Of a stretch of 64,000 nt of DNA, positions 51,366-64,000 are shown piece by piece. Location of the stretch: NCBI GenBank assembly GCA_030704615.1, contig CM060733.1:52452001-52516000 (forward strand), in the 5' to 3' direction. Position 1 is the stretch's first letter, and each line of letters begins with the position of its first letter. A program made the position numbers and the translations under genes. The notes beneath the pieces are model-generated. The model ran no database searches. It saw only the letters and a list, made by a program, of their open reading frames with translations, and was not told where the DNA came from. The stretch is from Takakia lepidozioides (Eukaryota > Plantae > Bryophyta).

Positions 51366-52506
51366 CTTGGTTTTATTAGAGTTGGGCCTTGGTTTCCTAT
51401 TGAAGTTGGGCATTCAAGTATCACTTATAGAGAAAGAAAATTATGATAATAAATTATTTGTTAAATATATTATTACTATAATATTAAATCAGGCGGAGAG
51501 CAGCAAAAGCTGTTTTTGCTTTCGCATCAACAATAAAACTAGTGAGTCAAGAGGTGGAGCAAAAACGACTAAAAACTTTAAAAGATGCTAAAGATGTTAT
51601 CGACAAAGAGCAAGAAAAATGTAGGTCATTTGTACCCTTTTCTTTTGTTCAAACAATAGGCTAGTGGCTGAAAACTCAGACCATCATCTGTCGTGGTTGC
51701 TTATTGCATGTCTTCTCTCCAAAAAATGTTGATCAAATGTTAATTCAAATGTTTTTGCTTGTGGCTAATGATTTTACTAGAAAATATTGATGAAATTATA
51801 AAATATTTCTATTGACTTCTCCAAAAGTTTCATAATGCTGGAATTGAGGTCACTTGTTACAGATTGAGATTCTATACTTATACGAGTTTGACACATCAAA
51901 CGATACTGAAGACTTGAGTATGACTAATTTTGCACTAACTTAATAATAATGTGGAATAGTATGTCCTTTCTGGTGCTCAGCTAATAATGATAGTTTAGAG
52001 TAAATTGATGAATAATCATAAATTAAATTATAGTTAATCTTATTTCCATAATGCTAACTAACCTGCACATGAGATGAGTCAGAATGTTATTATCCAATCT
52101 TTAGGGACATATTATGGTTCTATCGAGTCTCGACAACACATATTTTTATTAATGTTTGAGCTCTTGAGTGATTTTTCAAAACATCAAGTTCACAACAATG
52201 AGGTCATTGCATTTTAGTCACTTATGTACAAGTGAAATTTATTCTTATTAGTAAAAGGGGCTCTGTTTGTTAACTTAGGTCATTAGTAAATATCACTCAT
52301 TTATGGGATTAAAGATAAGGTTATTTTAACTTTTAAATTAATATTTTTAACAAAGGCATATTCTTCATATCATCTGAAATAAATAAAAGTATATGATATA
52401 AAGATCAAATGCATAAAATTATTAATTACTCAATTATGTAATCTCATCTTATTTATTAGAATATAAAAATAATCTGATTTGCTTCTCAAACAACTATCAG
52501 TTTCTG

Positions 52507-53987
52507 ATGTACATAGGGGCGGGAGCAAAAATATTACGTTCCACAAGCCCCCAACAATGGAATACAAATGAAAATACCAATGTGTTAAGAAGTGTCCACC
52601 CATGCCAAAGCAAATGGGAAATGTTATCCGAGGGATTTGGAAAAGTATATAACTATGAAAGAAGATTGCAATCAAATGAGCATGAATTATATATCAAGGG
52701 TGATCCAATCCACAATACCATTCAGACAGTGCCCAAGTCTACTACAACATTGGAAATTCTAAGTGCATTGTCAGAATGGTATGGAAAAAATCCGAAAGTA
52801 CATGCGCGTAAAAGTATCCCAATGGACACATGTGTAGAATCAAAATTATCAGGTATATTCTTGCAATTCTAAGTTTGGATGTATAGCAATAATCAACCAA
52901 GACTTATCACATATTAATCATATTTTCTTTTTTTGTAAAATACATGTAAAAACTCATTCAACAAATAGATCTTATTGGCGATGATTTATTTAATTTTATT
53001 GTATACTTACAAATTAATTAAGATGTATGATTGTCTTTCTAAATACATAGTTTTAATCATTTACTATGAAGATATATTAAGTATCGATACAAAATTTAGG
53101 TTTTAGGGTTAAATCCAAGGTATGTATTTTCTTAATTTAAATTCATGAGATGTAATATTGAATTATATTTATTATATTTAATTTATGGATTTTTTTTTTA
53201 AATTTCATTACCTTAAGTCCAAATTGCAGCGGCATTGAATTTTGTGTCACAATTTTAGTACTTATCTTGTATATCGTGCCTTAGTTATAACATGGATTGT
53301 TTGATAATAATGCCATGAGTTTGTTGGTGTTATTTAACGAGAATATTTTATTAGCTCTATTACTTTCCCTAATTACTGAAACACTATTTTATTTTTTATT
53401 AAAATTCTAGCTTGATTTATCCTTAAAATAGATAAGATTATTATTTGTAAACAAGAGAAGTTAGAACATAATATGAGAAACAAAAAGATATTTGTTTAGT
53501 ATATCCAGGAGGTGGTGAGGTGCAGACAGATCACAAGCAAACACATATATTAAGCATATGCCAATGTTGATGTAAAACTATAAAAAATAAAATAGCATGT
53601 GCGCACTATGATTCAGGTACAAAGCTGATTTCAAGTCCTATGGCACATTTATCAGATCCTAGTGAAAATGCAAATGGTGCCTTCTCTATTGCCGACGATT
53701 TCCCAAGAGAGAAAATTGAAGAAACTAATCAAGTATCAAAGAAAAATCAAGATTGTGTTGCGAAAGCATTGATGAGAGGACAAAAGAATGAAGATATTCG
53801 TCACAAAAAGTATCTAGAACTAGAGGAAAAGAAACATTTTGATAACATAATATTGGAGAAGGAGAAGATACAAGTTAGTAGAGATTTGGGAATGAGTTAT
53901 ATCAATGCTTTGATTAGTATTAGCAATGGGCTAAAGGAAATCAATGCAACACTTCAAAACACATTGAGAAATATTAATCAATTGTAA
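52507..53987 (+). pseudogene. Myb/SANT (trihelix-like) protein, probably a PIF/Harbinger ORF1 relic
   Basis: QQW...VLRSVHPCQSKWEMLSEGFGKVYNYER resembles the trihelix/MADF helix; C-terminal coiled-coil segment (RHKKYLELEEKKHFDNIILEKEKIQ...YINALISISNGL); AT-rich intron-like DNA between. Confidence 0.55.
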
Positions 53988-55799
53988 TGTAGATTGAGTG
54001 TGTGAATCTATCAATTTAACCAGTTCATAAAGATATATATATATATATAATTAATATCATCAAGTCATGATATATTGTGGATATAAATATCTCAACATGA
54101 TGCAATTTTATATTGATTTAATGGTAATGACCATCGTAAATTTGACATAACATAGCTATAGAATGGCTATTATGACGAGGTGTCCACCTTCCAAACGGAA
54201 AACAATCTTTTGGGAAGAAATGATACACTGACATAGTTACCTAGCTAGGATCTTTTTTGCGCTCCCTGATCAAGGCCGTGGAACCTGGAGAAGTTGACGT
54301 GTTTGGTCCACGTCACATTATAATTGACAACTGGGGCAAATTAGAATCTCTCTCTCTCTTAGCTCATGCATTTCTATGTGAATCAACAGATTGAATAGAC
54401 AATAGACACTAAACTTTATCAAAATAGAACTAGGGAGAGGGATAAATCATGCTTGCATTGTTGCTAGAATTAATATCTTCCTCTCTTCTAGCTTTGTAAT
54501 TTTGACCGTTCCTACGTGCTTCATATTGGATTGTTGTTTTTACATCCACTTGAACACACTGGCAACTAGTTTTGTTCGTCTAGATAGTTCTTTCCTTTTT
54601 GCTGGAATTGTGAACTACTTGGTTTGACGATTGCCACGTGTTCTAGTTCTTCCCTCCTTTCGAACTAGTTTTATCTAGCGACAGGGTTTTCTTTTTGTTG
54701 TTGCTCATACATTTGCAAAGGCAGATGGTGCAAGTGGTAGTGGTTGCAAAGTGACAGATCCACTTACAAGTAGATCTATCCATACGTCTATTGAAAGACC
54801 CCCAAAATAAAGATGCAGAAAATACGTCTTTAAAATTAAAAATTAAAAATTAAAATAATAATAATAATAATAATCATGCGCAAGCTATAAGAAGAGCCAA
54901 ATACAAGCGATACAACTAGGTTGAATATGAGCTAAAGCCGATTGATTTGAATCGAATTGCTCATGGCAGTCATGCATCTTTGGGTGGTGGTGCTTAGTTG
55001 TTGGATACTCTTAGATCACAAGAGAAAAGACGAAGAAGAAGAGTTATAAGCCTAGGCCATAAATTAGTTTATATAGGGGAGACGCCCAAGAAAGAGGTCG
55101 TCCCAAGAAGTTGTTTTTGTTGTTGTAACGGTGCTTGTTCACAAGTACCCCGTCACCACTGCGAGAGCCTCAAGGCTATGATACGATCACATGAAGAGTC
55201 ATTGATAAAAATGGTAGTGGCACTTCCAATGTCTGGGTCAATACTAGTGTTGGCCACGTCCCACTCTGGACGGGGTTACTTGGCCAAGTATTTTGTCAAG
55301 TATGAAGACCCCACATAAGCGTACATGTGACCAAAGGTGAGCTGGACCCGGTGAAGTTCATGTAGGCTTGGATCCAGACTTGGACCTATATAAGGGTTTC
55401 AAGGGTCCCTGAGACCTGGATCCCTTTGCATATAGTTTTATTTATTTATTTTGCGCAGCCATGTCAATTTCCCTCGTCACTACTCGTGCTTGCATTGACA
55501 TCAATGTACCCCATCCTATGGTTTCTTTACTTTTGAATGTTCTCCGTTGAACTTTCAATTGCTTATTTAACTTGATGGATCTAATGGTTGAGGCAGAATG
55601 GCCTTGCTAAGAGTTGTTAGAGTGTGAGCATGAGGCTCAAGGTGTCTGCATGGATGACCAGCTAAGTGTTGTGTCATGGGAGATGACTTCCGAGGTCCCT
55701 CACATTTCTGTATCGAGTCCAAGCTTGCTTACACCTGATCATCATGCGCTTGAAGGTCCACAATGAAGAAGATCAAAAGCGTCTACGTATACAGATAGT

Positions 55800-58700
55800 G
55801 GGCCAGTGTTCTAACCACATTGGCGTATAGCAAGGATGAGCGGGGCATATTTTTGTCATTTGTCTAAGATGGAGGAGGCAGGGTAACGATCATGACAATA
55901 TGTAAATTCGACAAAGTGAATGGTAAGATTGGGGGACGGAGTAGTGGGCGGGGGGCGGTTAGTGGGTAAGCCATGGATAAGCAAGATACCATGACACAGT
56001 CCGGCGGGGCAGGTGCAGGGTGAGCGGAGGCAAACACATGGAAGTAGCCACGGTGGGACTGCATGGTCTGGGGGTCTTTGGTAAGTGTCGGCATTAATGA
56101 GCGAGAACCATCTGGTTTCAGAACAATGCATGAGGAGTTCTGCGCGGTTAAGACCAGTGTTGGACTGGTATCACGAAAATATCATACTTGATTGGTCCTA
56201 GTATCACAAGGGCCCACATTTGCCCAATACTGGTATGGCCTTGGTATTGGGGTAGGGGGGCCGGGGGGAGGGTTTTAGGAGGGGGGTATCAATAACATAA
56301 AATTGTGGATGTATATCAGTAGGGTATCAATATTTGTTTTTTCCATCTCATATGGAAGGAATATGAGTATTGCCCGGGTATGTATATAAAATATTTAGTA
56401 TATTCAGGAAAATATTCAATAACCTGAGAAAAAGAATTGACCTTCACAATGGATCACAATTACAACACAATGCACGTACAAAATACATTGCTCATACACA
56501 TTGCACATTGCAAAAATACACCATACCATACATTTATTTTTGCACATTGCACATTGAGTATAAAGCAGATGCCATACATGCCCTTGAATTCCCTTGCCCT
56601 AACTCCACACATATACCTATTGTGCCTTTGGAGGCTCACATAGCAGTAATATTGGTATCAATACCAATCTTGTCCATCGCTATACCAGACGGGTATGGTA
56701 TATACCATAATATGGACCAAGGTATATATTGCCCCTAGTATGGTATCGCCCGGGTATTGGCCACCCTATCTATGGTCTTACCTACCTGGGTTGATATCAG
56801 TATTGATACCCGGGTTGGACCTATATACAGGTGCAACACTGGTTAAGACGAGTTATACGAAGATCGTGGATGATCGGGTGGGATCTACTGGGGTCTGGAA
56901 GCGCCTTCCTGAACGAGCTAGAGGTCAGCCGCTTCATTGCCGATTATACCGTTGTATGAGCGGACTTTAATAAAGTGAACAGGGTGGCCGACGAAGATAG
57001 CCAGGTTGACTATGGCTGTAATGAGGTTGCAGTCTGGGTGGTGTTGATGAGAAAATGGACGAGAGAGGTGATTACATTCAGAAGAAAAAATGAGGTTATA
57101 AGGCTGTCCGTAAAGATATAGTGTGGGGGAAAATGAGGACAGTTGGGAGAGTGCTGAAGGCCGCAGTGCCCTGGTTGGTAGTAGCACGGTATACGCTCTA
57201 TCCGGCTCTAGAGCCGGTGAGAGAACCATCGGTATAATGAGAGTTGGATGGGGGGTATTTAAGAGGCATACTCTGATGGCATCGCGAGGGGGGGGGGGGG
57301 GGGTAGCACCCTAGTCCAGGCCTTGCTGAGGTTAATTTTGGGAAATGGACTGGGTGCAGGGTTGTGAGAGATATTGGAGAGTAGATGAGAGATTGGGTCT
57401 ATAGGGGTATAAGGTGGCTTGCATGCCGCGTGTGCGTGTTAGGAGATGGCTGATGTGAGCGGGGAAGGTGCGGGGTATGGATGGGGGGAGATGTGTTGAA
57501 CATGTAGTAGGAGGGTTAAGATGGATTCCAAGTGTTTGAGATATTTAGGGAAGGGTGGGGTGTGATCGTATTGGAGTTGGTCGGGTCCGATAGTGGCCAA
57601 GAGTGTGACATCTGGTGGGAGTTGTAGGAGGGGGTGGGGCTGTTAGGTGACTTTTGGTGGGTGAGTATGAGGATTGTGACAGCCAAGAGGAGTGAGCTGC
57701 CATGCATGTCCATTGAAGAACTTTGTGAGTGTGAGTTCCAGGAGAGGGGTAGGCGAGGCTCCTGCCATACCATGTGTGCTGGGTGGCGATTTTGGTGACC
57801 CCAAAGATGCAGTCTCTAGGATACAGGCTAGCAAATGTAGGGAGTTCCATAGGGCATGTGAGCGGGCTTGAATAATATGAATGAAATAGTTGGAATGAGG
57901 TGATGAGGACAGTGAAGATGTCCGGGTGGATGGTATTGTGGCATAGGCTTGTGTTAATTTGTTGGGGGTTTGTGGTTTCTTGGGGGGAGTATCTAGGAGG
58001 TATCGATCCAAGAGCCAATAGATTTCGATAGCAAAATCTTGGCGGGGTGGTTACAGCTGACTTGCTTTGGGGGTTGAGGTAGAGTATTTGGTCTATAACC
58101 AGGCTATTGGAAATGAGGCCAAGTTGGAAACGACTGTTAAGGGCGTAGATGGTGGACATATGGGGGCCTTTGCATATTGTAGGGGAGCCGTGCAGAATGT
58201 CTTTATCGGGGTTGCATTTGGTGATGCATATGTGTACATTGGGGGCAGTTAGCGGGTTGTGTATGTGGCGGGCATCCATGGGCTGGGTTTGTGAGACATA
58301 TTGTGGGTGAATCTGTGTGAGGTAGTTAGTGTTGGTACTCTTATGGAATGTAGTGAGAAGGTTGAGGTTATGGGCAGGGACGTCGCAATCATCATGCGAC
58401 CCAAAAAGGTCGTCTTTAATTGGCCATGAGTTGTCTTCTGACGGGAAGCCAGCCTTTTTGCAGTAGCAATATGTATCCACGCATGTGACTCCAAATGAGT
58501 CGAGGGATGTCTGAGTTTTAATTCCGAGGATGGCTTCGATGATGAAGACGTTGGGATTATCGGGGTTGGCATGACGGGTTGTGAGTGCTAGGGGTGGGTT
58601 CTGGAGATCGGGGGTGTTGAAGGTTGGTGGGGAGCGGGTAGGAGTATTTAAGGAAGTCAAATTGGGGAGGTAGGCAGGGAGTGGGGGTTGATAGGGTTTA

Positions 58701-58960
58701 GTTCAGTGTCCGAGGTGGGGGGTGATGGGGAGGGGGGTGTGGGTAACAAGATCATAGTTGTTTCCAGCTTGGGAGGCTCTGAGCTTATGAAGTATAGATG
58801 CAGCTGGGGCTGTTCTATATTCAGGTAGTAGGTCTTGTTTACTGTGGGGGGTAAGCATGGGAGATCATAGTCAAGAGTGCATGATGCAAAGGGTTGACAG
58901 AATAGAGTACCATGGGTCGACCAATCCCTATGAGGCGAATGAGCGAACAACATTTGGAGT
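55800..58960 (-). mobile_element. Non-LTR retrotransposon relic (Dualen/RandI-like 3' half): chromo-like, PCIF1-like, RNase H and restriction-like endonuclease domains
   Basis: RNase H motifs HYTDGS (about 57230), YIFTDSL (about 57110), HFIKVRSYNGIIGNEAADL (56980-56920). RLE-like end VPPWLLPC...GILLIHG...LTIHFVEFTYCHDR...K*QKYAPLILAIRQCG (56060-55815). Confidence 0.75.
56155..56841. mobile_element. hAT MITE subfamily A inserted in the LINE relic
   Basis: TIRs CAGTGTTGGACTGGTAT / ATACAGGTGCAACACTG; perfect TSD GTTAAGAC (56147-56154, 56842-56849). Confidence 0.95.
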
Positions 58961-59089
58961 TTCTTGTGTTATATCTAGAACAAAGCTAATTATATGCCAT
59001 TATGTCTGTTGAGAACATATAATGAGTCATGGGTCTTATAGTTGTCTTCAGTTTTGCCCGACAACTAGTTGAAGAGCAATTGACGTCCA

Positions 59090-59480
59090 TGGTTTCTAGG
59101 ACCATAGATAGTTATCTTTCACCTTTTCTTGCTAGTTGCATGATCGCATCTACCTCCTCCAATCTTTGGATGAGCAAGGGGGGGGTACTGAATTTCAATT
59201 TCATTAGTGTTGAATGGATGCCTCTTCATGTGTTCAATATGGGTTTGTTTGAGGTATATGATTCGTCGGGTCTTGCATGATGGCTATCCAACTCGCACCT
59301 CTTTTGAATAATTTCGGTTGACTAACCCCATCATTGTCGTCTGTAAAGGAAGAAATCCAAGTACTCTAACCTGAAATCTATTATTATTTGTGACCCCTCC
59401 ACTCTGCAAAGGTGTTTGAGGGCACTTGTTTTGGGCATGTTATAGTGTCAAAGGTCTATGTAACAAATGATTATAAGGTA
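59090..59480 (+). pseudogene. hAT transposase core fragment
   Basis: NLWMSKGG...NFISVEWMPLHVFNMGLFEVYDSSGLA...FEGTCFGHV.SK..VTND; pattern resembles plant hAT DDE-domain fragments. Confidence 0.6.
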
Positions 59481-60659
59481 AATTGTGTTTGGAAACTTGA
59501 GGAGAAGAAATGGAATGCAACCCAGACGAGATACTTGTCTGCTCTGGAATCAAAAAGGATCCAGGGAATCGAAACCAGAGAAGTAAGAAGAGAAATAGCA
59601 GAATCGAACAGGTGGAAGCAAAAGATCCTTACATTCGAGTCTTCAAGTTCTGATGAGGACGAAAAGCTGAAGTCTACCTTTGACGTACCACAGTCAATGT
59701 TGACCTCTTCTTCGTCTTCGGATGATGATAATCTTAGGAACTGGGCAAGGGCAGGTGAAGCAAGCACTTCTACTAGAGTTTCTATGCCTATCCGGTGCAC
59801 AAGGAATCACAAACGCTGCCTGGTTGAGGCCTACAGCACTCCTTGTCACTGAGGAGAATTATTCACAGAAGAAGGTGGCCTGCACATACCTCGGACCAGC
59901 ACAAACTCCTCTGTGTTACTAAAGGAGCAATCGGACGACAATGAAAATGACCAGGACACTCAAAGAGACTTCAAACCAATGGAAAGCACGCACTTGACTC
60001 TTTGATTCACTGACATTGGTTGCCGGACCACCCCGGATTCATCTAGTTATATTGACCTCAAGGACTCTATTGCCTAATGCGTCTGTTATTCAATCACCCA
60101 GCTTGAACAGAGTATGTAGGACAAATCTTCAAATGCATGGAAGTGGGAAAGACACCCAACACTGAAAATGCTGCAATAAATCACTGTTGGTTATAATTGA
60201 CTCTGAATATTGTTGTTTGTAAACATGCTTTGCAAGGCTTTTCCTTGTAAAACTTTTACTTGTTTTCTCCCTCAGTGGGGAGGGATTCCAAATGTGTCCA
60301 GTCTTCGTTGAGCATCTTCCTACTTTTTGGAGGTAGTGTCAAGGTCGCTTAAAAGTCTCTTCTAGTATTAAAGGACACCTAAAACTGCTGTGGAAGAAGC
60401 ATGACCATGGCGACATTCAAAGCAAACGTTGTAGCCTGTGGTCTGCAGGGCACTAGTAACTTAGGAAGCAATTAACACATTGTTTATCAAGAGCACCCAA
60501 CGCCAGACAGCATGTTTATGCGATTCTGTCAATCGAGCCTGGGAAATAACGCTACTTGACCCTCCCCTGACTGAATTACAGATTTGCACGGAGGAATTTT
60601 GAAATTTATAAGCAAAGCTGAATTCAAGCTGAATTTCATAGAAAATGTTTCACAAGTAT

Positions 60660-62354
60660 CTATCGTCGGCAGAGCCTTTGGCCGTTTGCGGCTTGTTCCT
60701 TTGTGTACAAAGAAGTTGGAATTCGTGGAATCCCTATGAGTGTGACATCGGTGATGGATGACACACAAGAGAGGAAGTCTGCATCTTCCTGCAGTCTCTT
60801 TGCAGCATCGTGAGGCAGTTTCAAGACTATTTTTACTGTACCATCCTTATGCTGCGGTGTGAAATGGATCAGATAACACGGATCCTTCTCGGTAAAAATA
60901 TGACTGTTGGCAAAAGTCGGGCCCCATCCGAAGTTGAATTGTTCAAGACCTGGGAATCGAGTTGAAGCAGCTGTCATCACATCAGTAGAAGGTCTGAAAG
61001 TACGTGCAAAGAACCATTTCCTTTTTTCTTTCTCCATCATGGTGAGTAAAGACTTGATGTGTTGAGCAGTCAAATCTGCAATCGTCTTGTGCAGCAGGTT
61101 TGCAGCATATGATATTTTATTTCCCAAAAGCTTTCTCACGGTGCTGACTGCCACCGCGTCAAGAAGTGCATTTCCAAAATAATTGTGAGGGAGCTCTGGC
61201 CACCGTTTCCTGCAATCGACGACATTGAAGTATCGAGTTTCTTCCGTATCTTTAAGCAATCGAGCCCGGGTAATGGCCCTCCAGACATGTGCACTGATCA
61301 CAACGTAAGCACTGAACGTTGGCCCATCTGGTGAATCCTCCAAAGCTTTATCTTTGAGCTTCTTTTGCATCGGAAGATAAAAAAAAATGTGCAGCTTAGT
61401 TATTTCAGAGTCCAGGGCAGTTTCCTCCAGGTGACGAAAGAAATTACCCGACAACGGTAACCTATTAACGAAAGCCTTTGAAAAGGAGCTTTCTGTCCAA
61501 TGTGACTCTGATGCCAACTTGATTATATTCGCTCGCGAGCTAAAATTGGGCAGAAGGGAGATACGTTCCCCACGGGCGACCTCTGCCCACGACTTGATAA
61601 ATTGCATCAGCATCATTCCGTCTGCGGTTCCATGGAAGTAGGCATGCCCAATTACATAGCCGCCACACTTGAGATGAGTGATCTGCATATTTCAAAGGCA
61701 ATCAATAGTGTGGTCGTGAACAGAGATCTGCACTCAAAAAGTACACAGAAATGTAGGAAGCTAACCTGGGCACCAAAAAGAGGGTGGCAGGTACCCTCGT
61801 CCTCAAGATTCCAGGGGATTGGTTGGGCAAAGTGTTGATACATGTCAGCCATGTTGTAATTACTTAGCTCCCGCACAGTGATGGGAGCTGAAGCCTCAAC
61901 AAACTCCACCCCTGCGTCGTTACAGTCCACAGCTATCTGCCCGTCTTCGTCTTGTACAAACCGGCCTGCATGGCATGGTCTCCCAACGTCGTTATCTAGT
62001 TTCCCCGAAGCCTATATATCACAGCTGGCATGACAGACTTTGATAATCGCATAAATAGTACTCTAGCCGCCATGGCGTCGACCGTGCTACTGAAGGGTGA
62101 ACGACTTACCTGCAAATGGGTAGTAGTCTGTCAGCGCTCTTGAGAGACTCTCGTTTAGTGTTTCATTGAACTGCTCCACAATGAAGTCTTCTTGAGCTTG
62201 CGTCGAACAAGAGGAGGCATCTGAGGGGAGGTACAAGTTTGAACCAGGTGAGATCGAGGCTGGTAAGTGGGAACCGCTTGAACTCCCGGCTCTCGTGAGG
62301 ACGTGGCGTGGGAACCACCGTGGTTTTTGATAGGACTGTCACTTCCACTGCCAT
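60660..62354 (-). CDS. BAHD acyltransferase; exons 62354-62110, 61965-61766, 61682-60660; one frameshift in exon 1
   Basis: SLSRALTDYYPFAGR, VDCNDAGVEFVEA, LFGAQITHLKCGG, HXXXD as HGTAD, DFGWG-like NFGWG, YFGNA; GT-AG introns in phase. Confidence 0.92.
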
Positions 62355-64000
62355 TTTAAATAATGTAGACTTGTTCAGTGCTGGGACTCTCGCTCCAGCG
62401 CTCGAAAGTTTGCGGATCTAGAGAGCTAGGTGCAAGCTGGAAAGGAAGCCAGAGTCAAAGAGTAAGAAAATGATTGAAGAAAGTCAATGCCGATCGATCA
62501 CGAGTCAGGAAGGAATAGCTAGTCTAGCTGGAATCCACGAACCTCAGGTGGAATGGATAGCATCAAGAATATCTTGAACAAAATCGAGTCCCACTCGGAA
62601 GATAACTCCTTACCTAGAATTACAAATAGCAGATCGCAAGGTACTGGATTCGCACCTAACATAGTGAGCGCTATGAGCTGACTTCAGATGCACCCTCGCT
62701 AGTTGCAAGCTGCGCAAACAACCGTTCTGCAATTCTGTCCAGAGTCACTCAGATTTTCCCTTCGACCACATTCAAATCGAGCTCAACGTCCGATGTCCAC
62801 ACGAGGATCGTGGAGTTCAGCACGCATCTGTCAACCTTGGCCTCCTCACTCTAAAGACTTAACCCTCGCTGAAAACAATGAGTTGATCAACTAACTGGAA
62901 CACCATAGGTGTGAATACATATACAACGTTTGTTATAGGGATAAGGAGAGCAAGACCACATGGGCCTTGTCGCTAACTGTAATGAAGCTATAATTACTGA
63001 TGCAAACGGTGGCCAACTACTATCTAGATTTAAGGAGCGGTGCATTAACGGCTCATAATTTTGTGTGGCCTCGTCGTTATGAGGCTAAGTCAGACGACCG
63101 TCATGCTATAGTTGTGTAGAGATATCTATACGATCTAGTTGACATATACTATCTATATGTAGACAACGATATAGTTGTGTAGTGATATGTATGCGCACAA
63201 CAAACGTGGTATGTGCCCATTACCACTCGGCTACATGCTGGTTGTCTATCCCCCAGGAAAGTACCTGATCAGCTAGCTGCCGGCCAAAGCGTAGAAACTG
63301 ATGCTCAACTAGTCCACTTTATAACTCAAGCTGATGGACTAATGAACGTGTAACATTATTGTCCCTCTTTCAAAGCTTCGATAGACGGCTCCTCAGGCAC
63401 ACACGGTAGATCAGTCATATTGTCAAACAGTCTAGCAGAGAGCCCCGTGTCATGCATGGGCACATAGTATATGGTCCTCAAGCAATTCTTAGAAAACCAA
63501 AAAAAGACACATAAAACTCAGCTAGAATACCTTCTGTTTTGCTTGATGGTTTCATCCGACTCATATTAAATTAACTCAAGGAGGATGCTCAAAATACTCC
63601 TGCAAAGCACCAGTTTTAACATAAGACTATTTTTTTCTGAAATCTGCCATGCATAACAGCAAGATTCTGTAGTTACTGGTGGCATACGCGCTACATCTGT
63701 TTAAAAACATGCACATTAACCATGACAGTTGTGTTGAATTTCATCGTGTATACGATGAATGATTCGCTGGACACATAGATGAATTAGTATGCCAGATCAT
63801 AGGACTCAAATTATTTCCCGCCTAACTGGCTATGGCATCTCTCTGATCTGGTGTAGTTAGATATATGCTTGTAAGTACTCTCTACCTTGTAACGTTGTAT
63901 GAGCATGTCGTTGCTCCGTTTCTTACAATAGCTGAATACCAAGTAAGAGGTGAAGGAAATCACCGTTGTGGAGAAATTCAATGGAGAAAATTATCATCTG

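Noticed and set aside
59480-60290. Ser/Asp-rich ORF and a PPT-like GGGGAGGGA, possibly a retrotransposon 3' ORF
   Set aside because: No diagnostic domain or LTR found to support a call.

Overview
Eukaryotic nuclear DNA from a land plant. DYW-type PPR relics, an intron-containing PPO with a signal-peptide-like N-terminus and the transposon families suggest a non-seed plant, probably a bryophyte (inference). The window is dominated by nested transposons: two Ty3/gypsy chromovirus copies (3445-10453 near intact with TSD; 13405-20297 decayed), four hAT MITEs with 8-bp TSDs, a Tourist MITE, a MULE/SWIM transposase relic with orphan ORFs, Harbinger and hAT fragments, fold-back elements and a Dualen/RandI-like LINE relic. 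Host genes are a polyphenol oxidase, a BAHD acyltransferase with one frameshift, a spliced orphan gene and several PPR pseudogene fragments. The main find is not in the ORF track. Removing the first chromovirus at its CAAGC target-site duplication restores a DNMT3-like C5-cytosine methyltransferase (GWPCQG, ENV, AHRxRLWxxNL, motifs IX and X). It lies in the same reading frame as a Ty3/gypsy integrase HHCC zinc-binding domain and runs into a short LTR. A second copy of that LTR has a Tf1-type self-priming site. This reads as a relic of a methyltransferase-encoding LTR retrotransposon in a land plant. A second, unrelated methyltransferase-like domain (PCIF1/CAPAM-like) sits in the LINE relic. 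All assignments come from manual reading and translation; no database searches were run.
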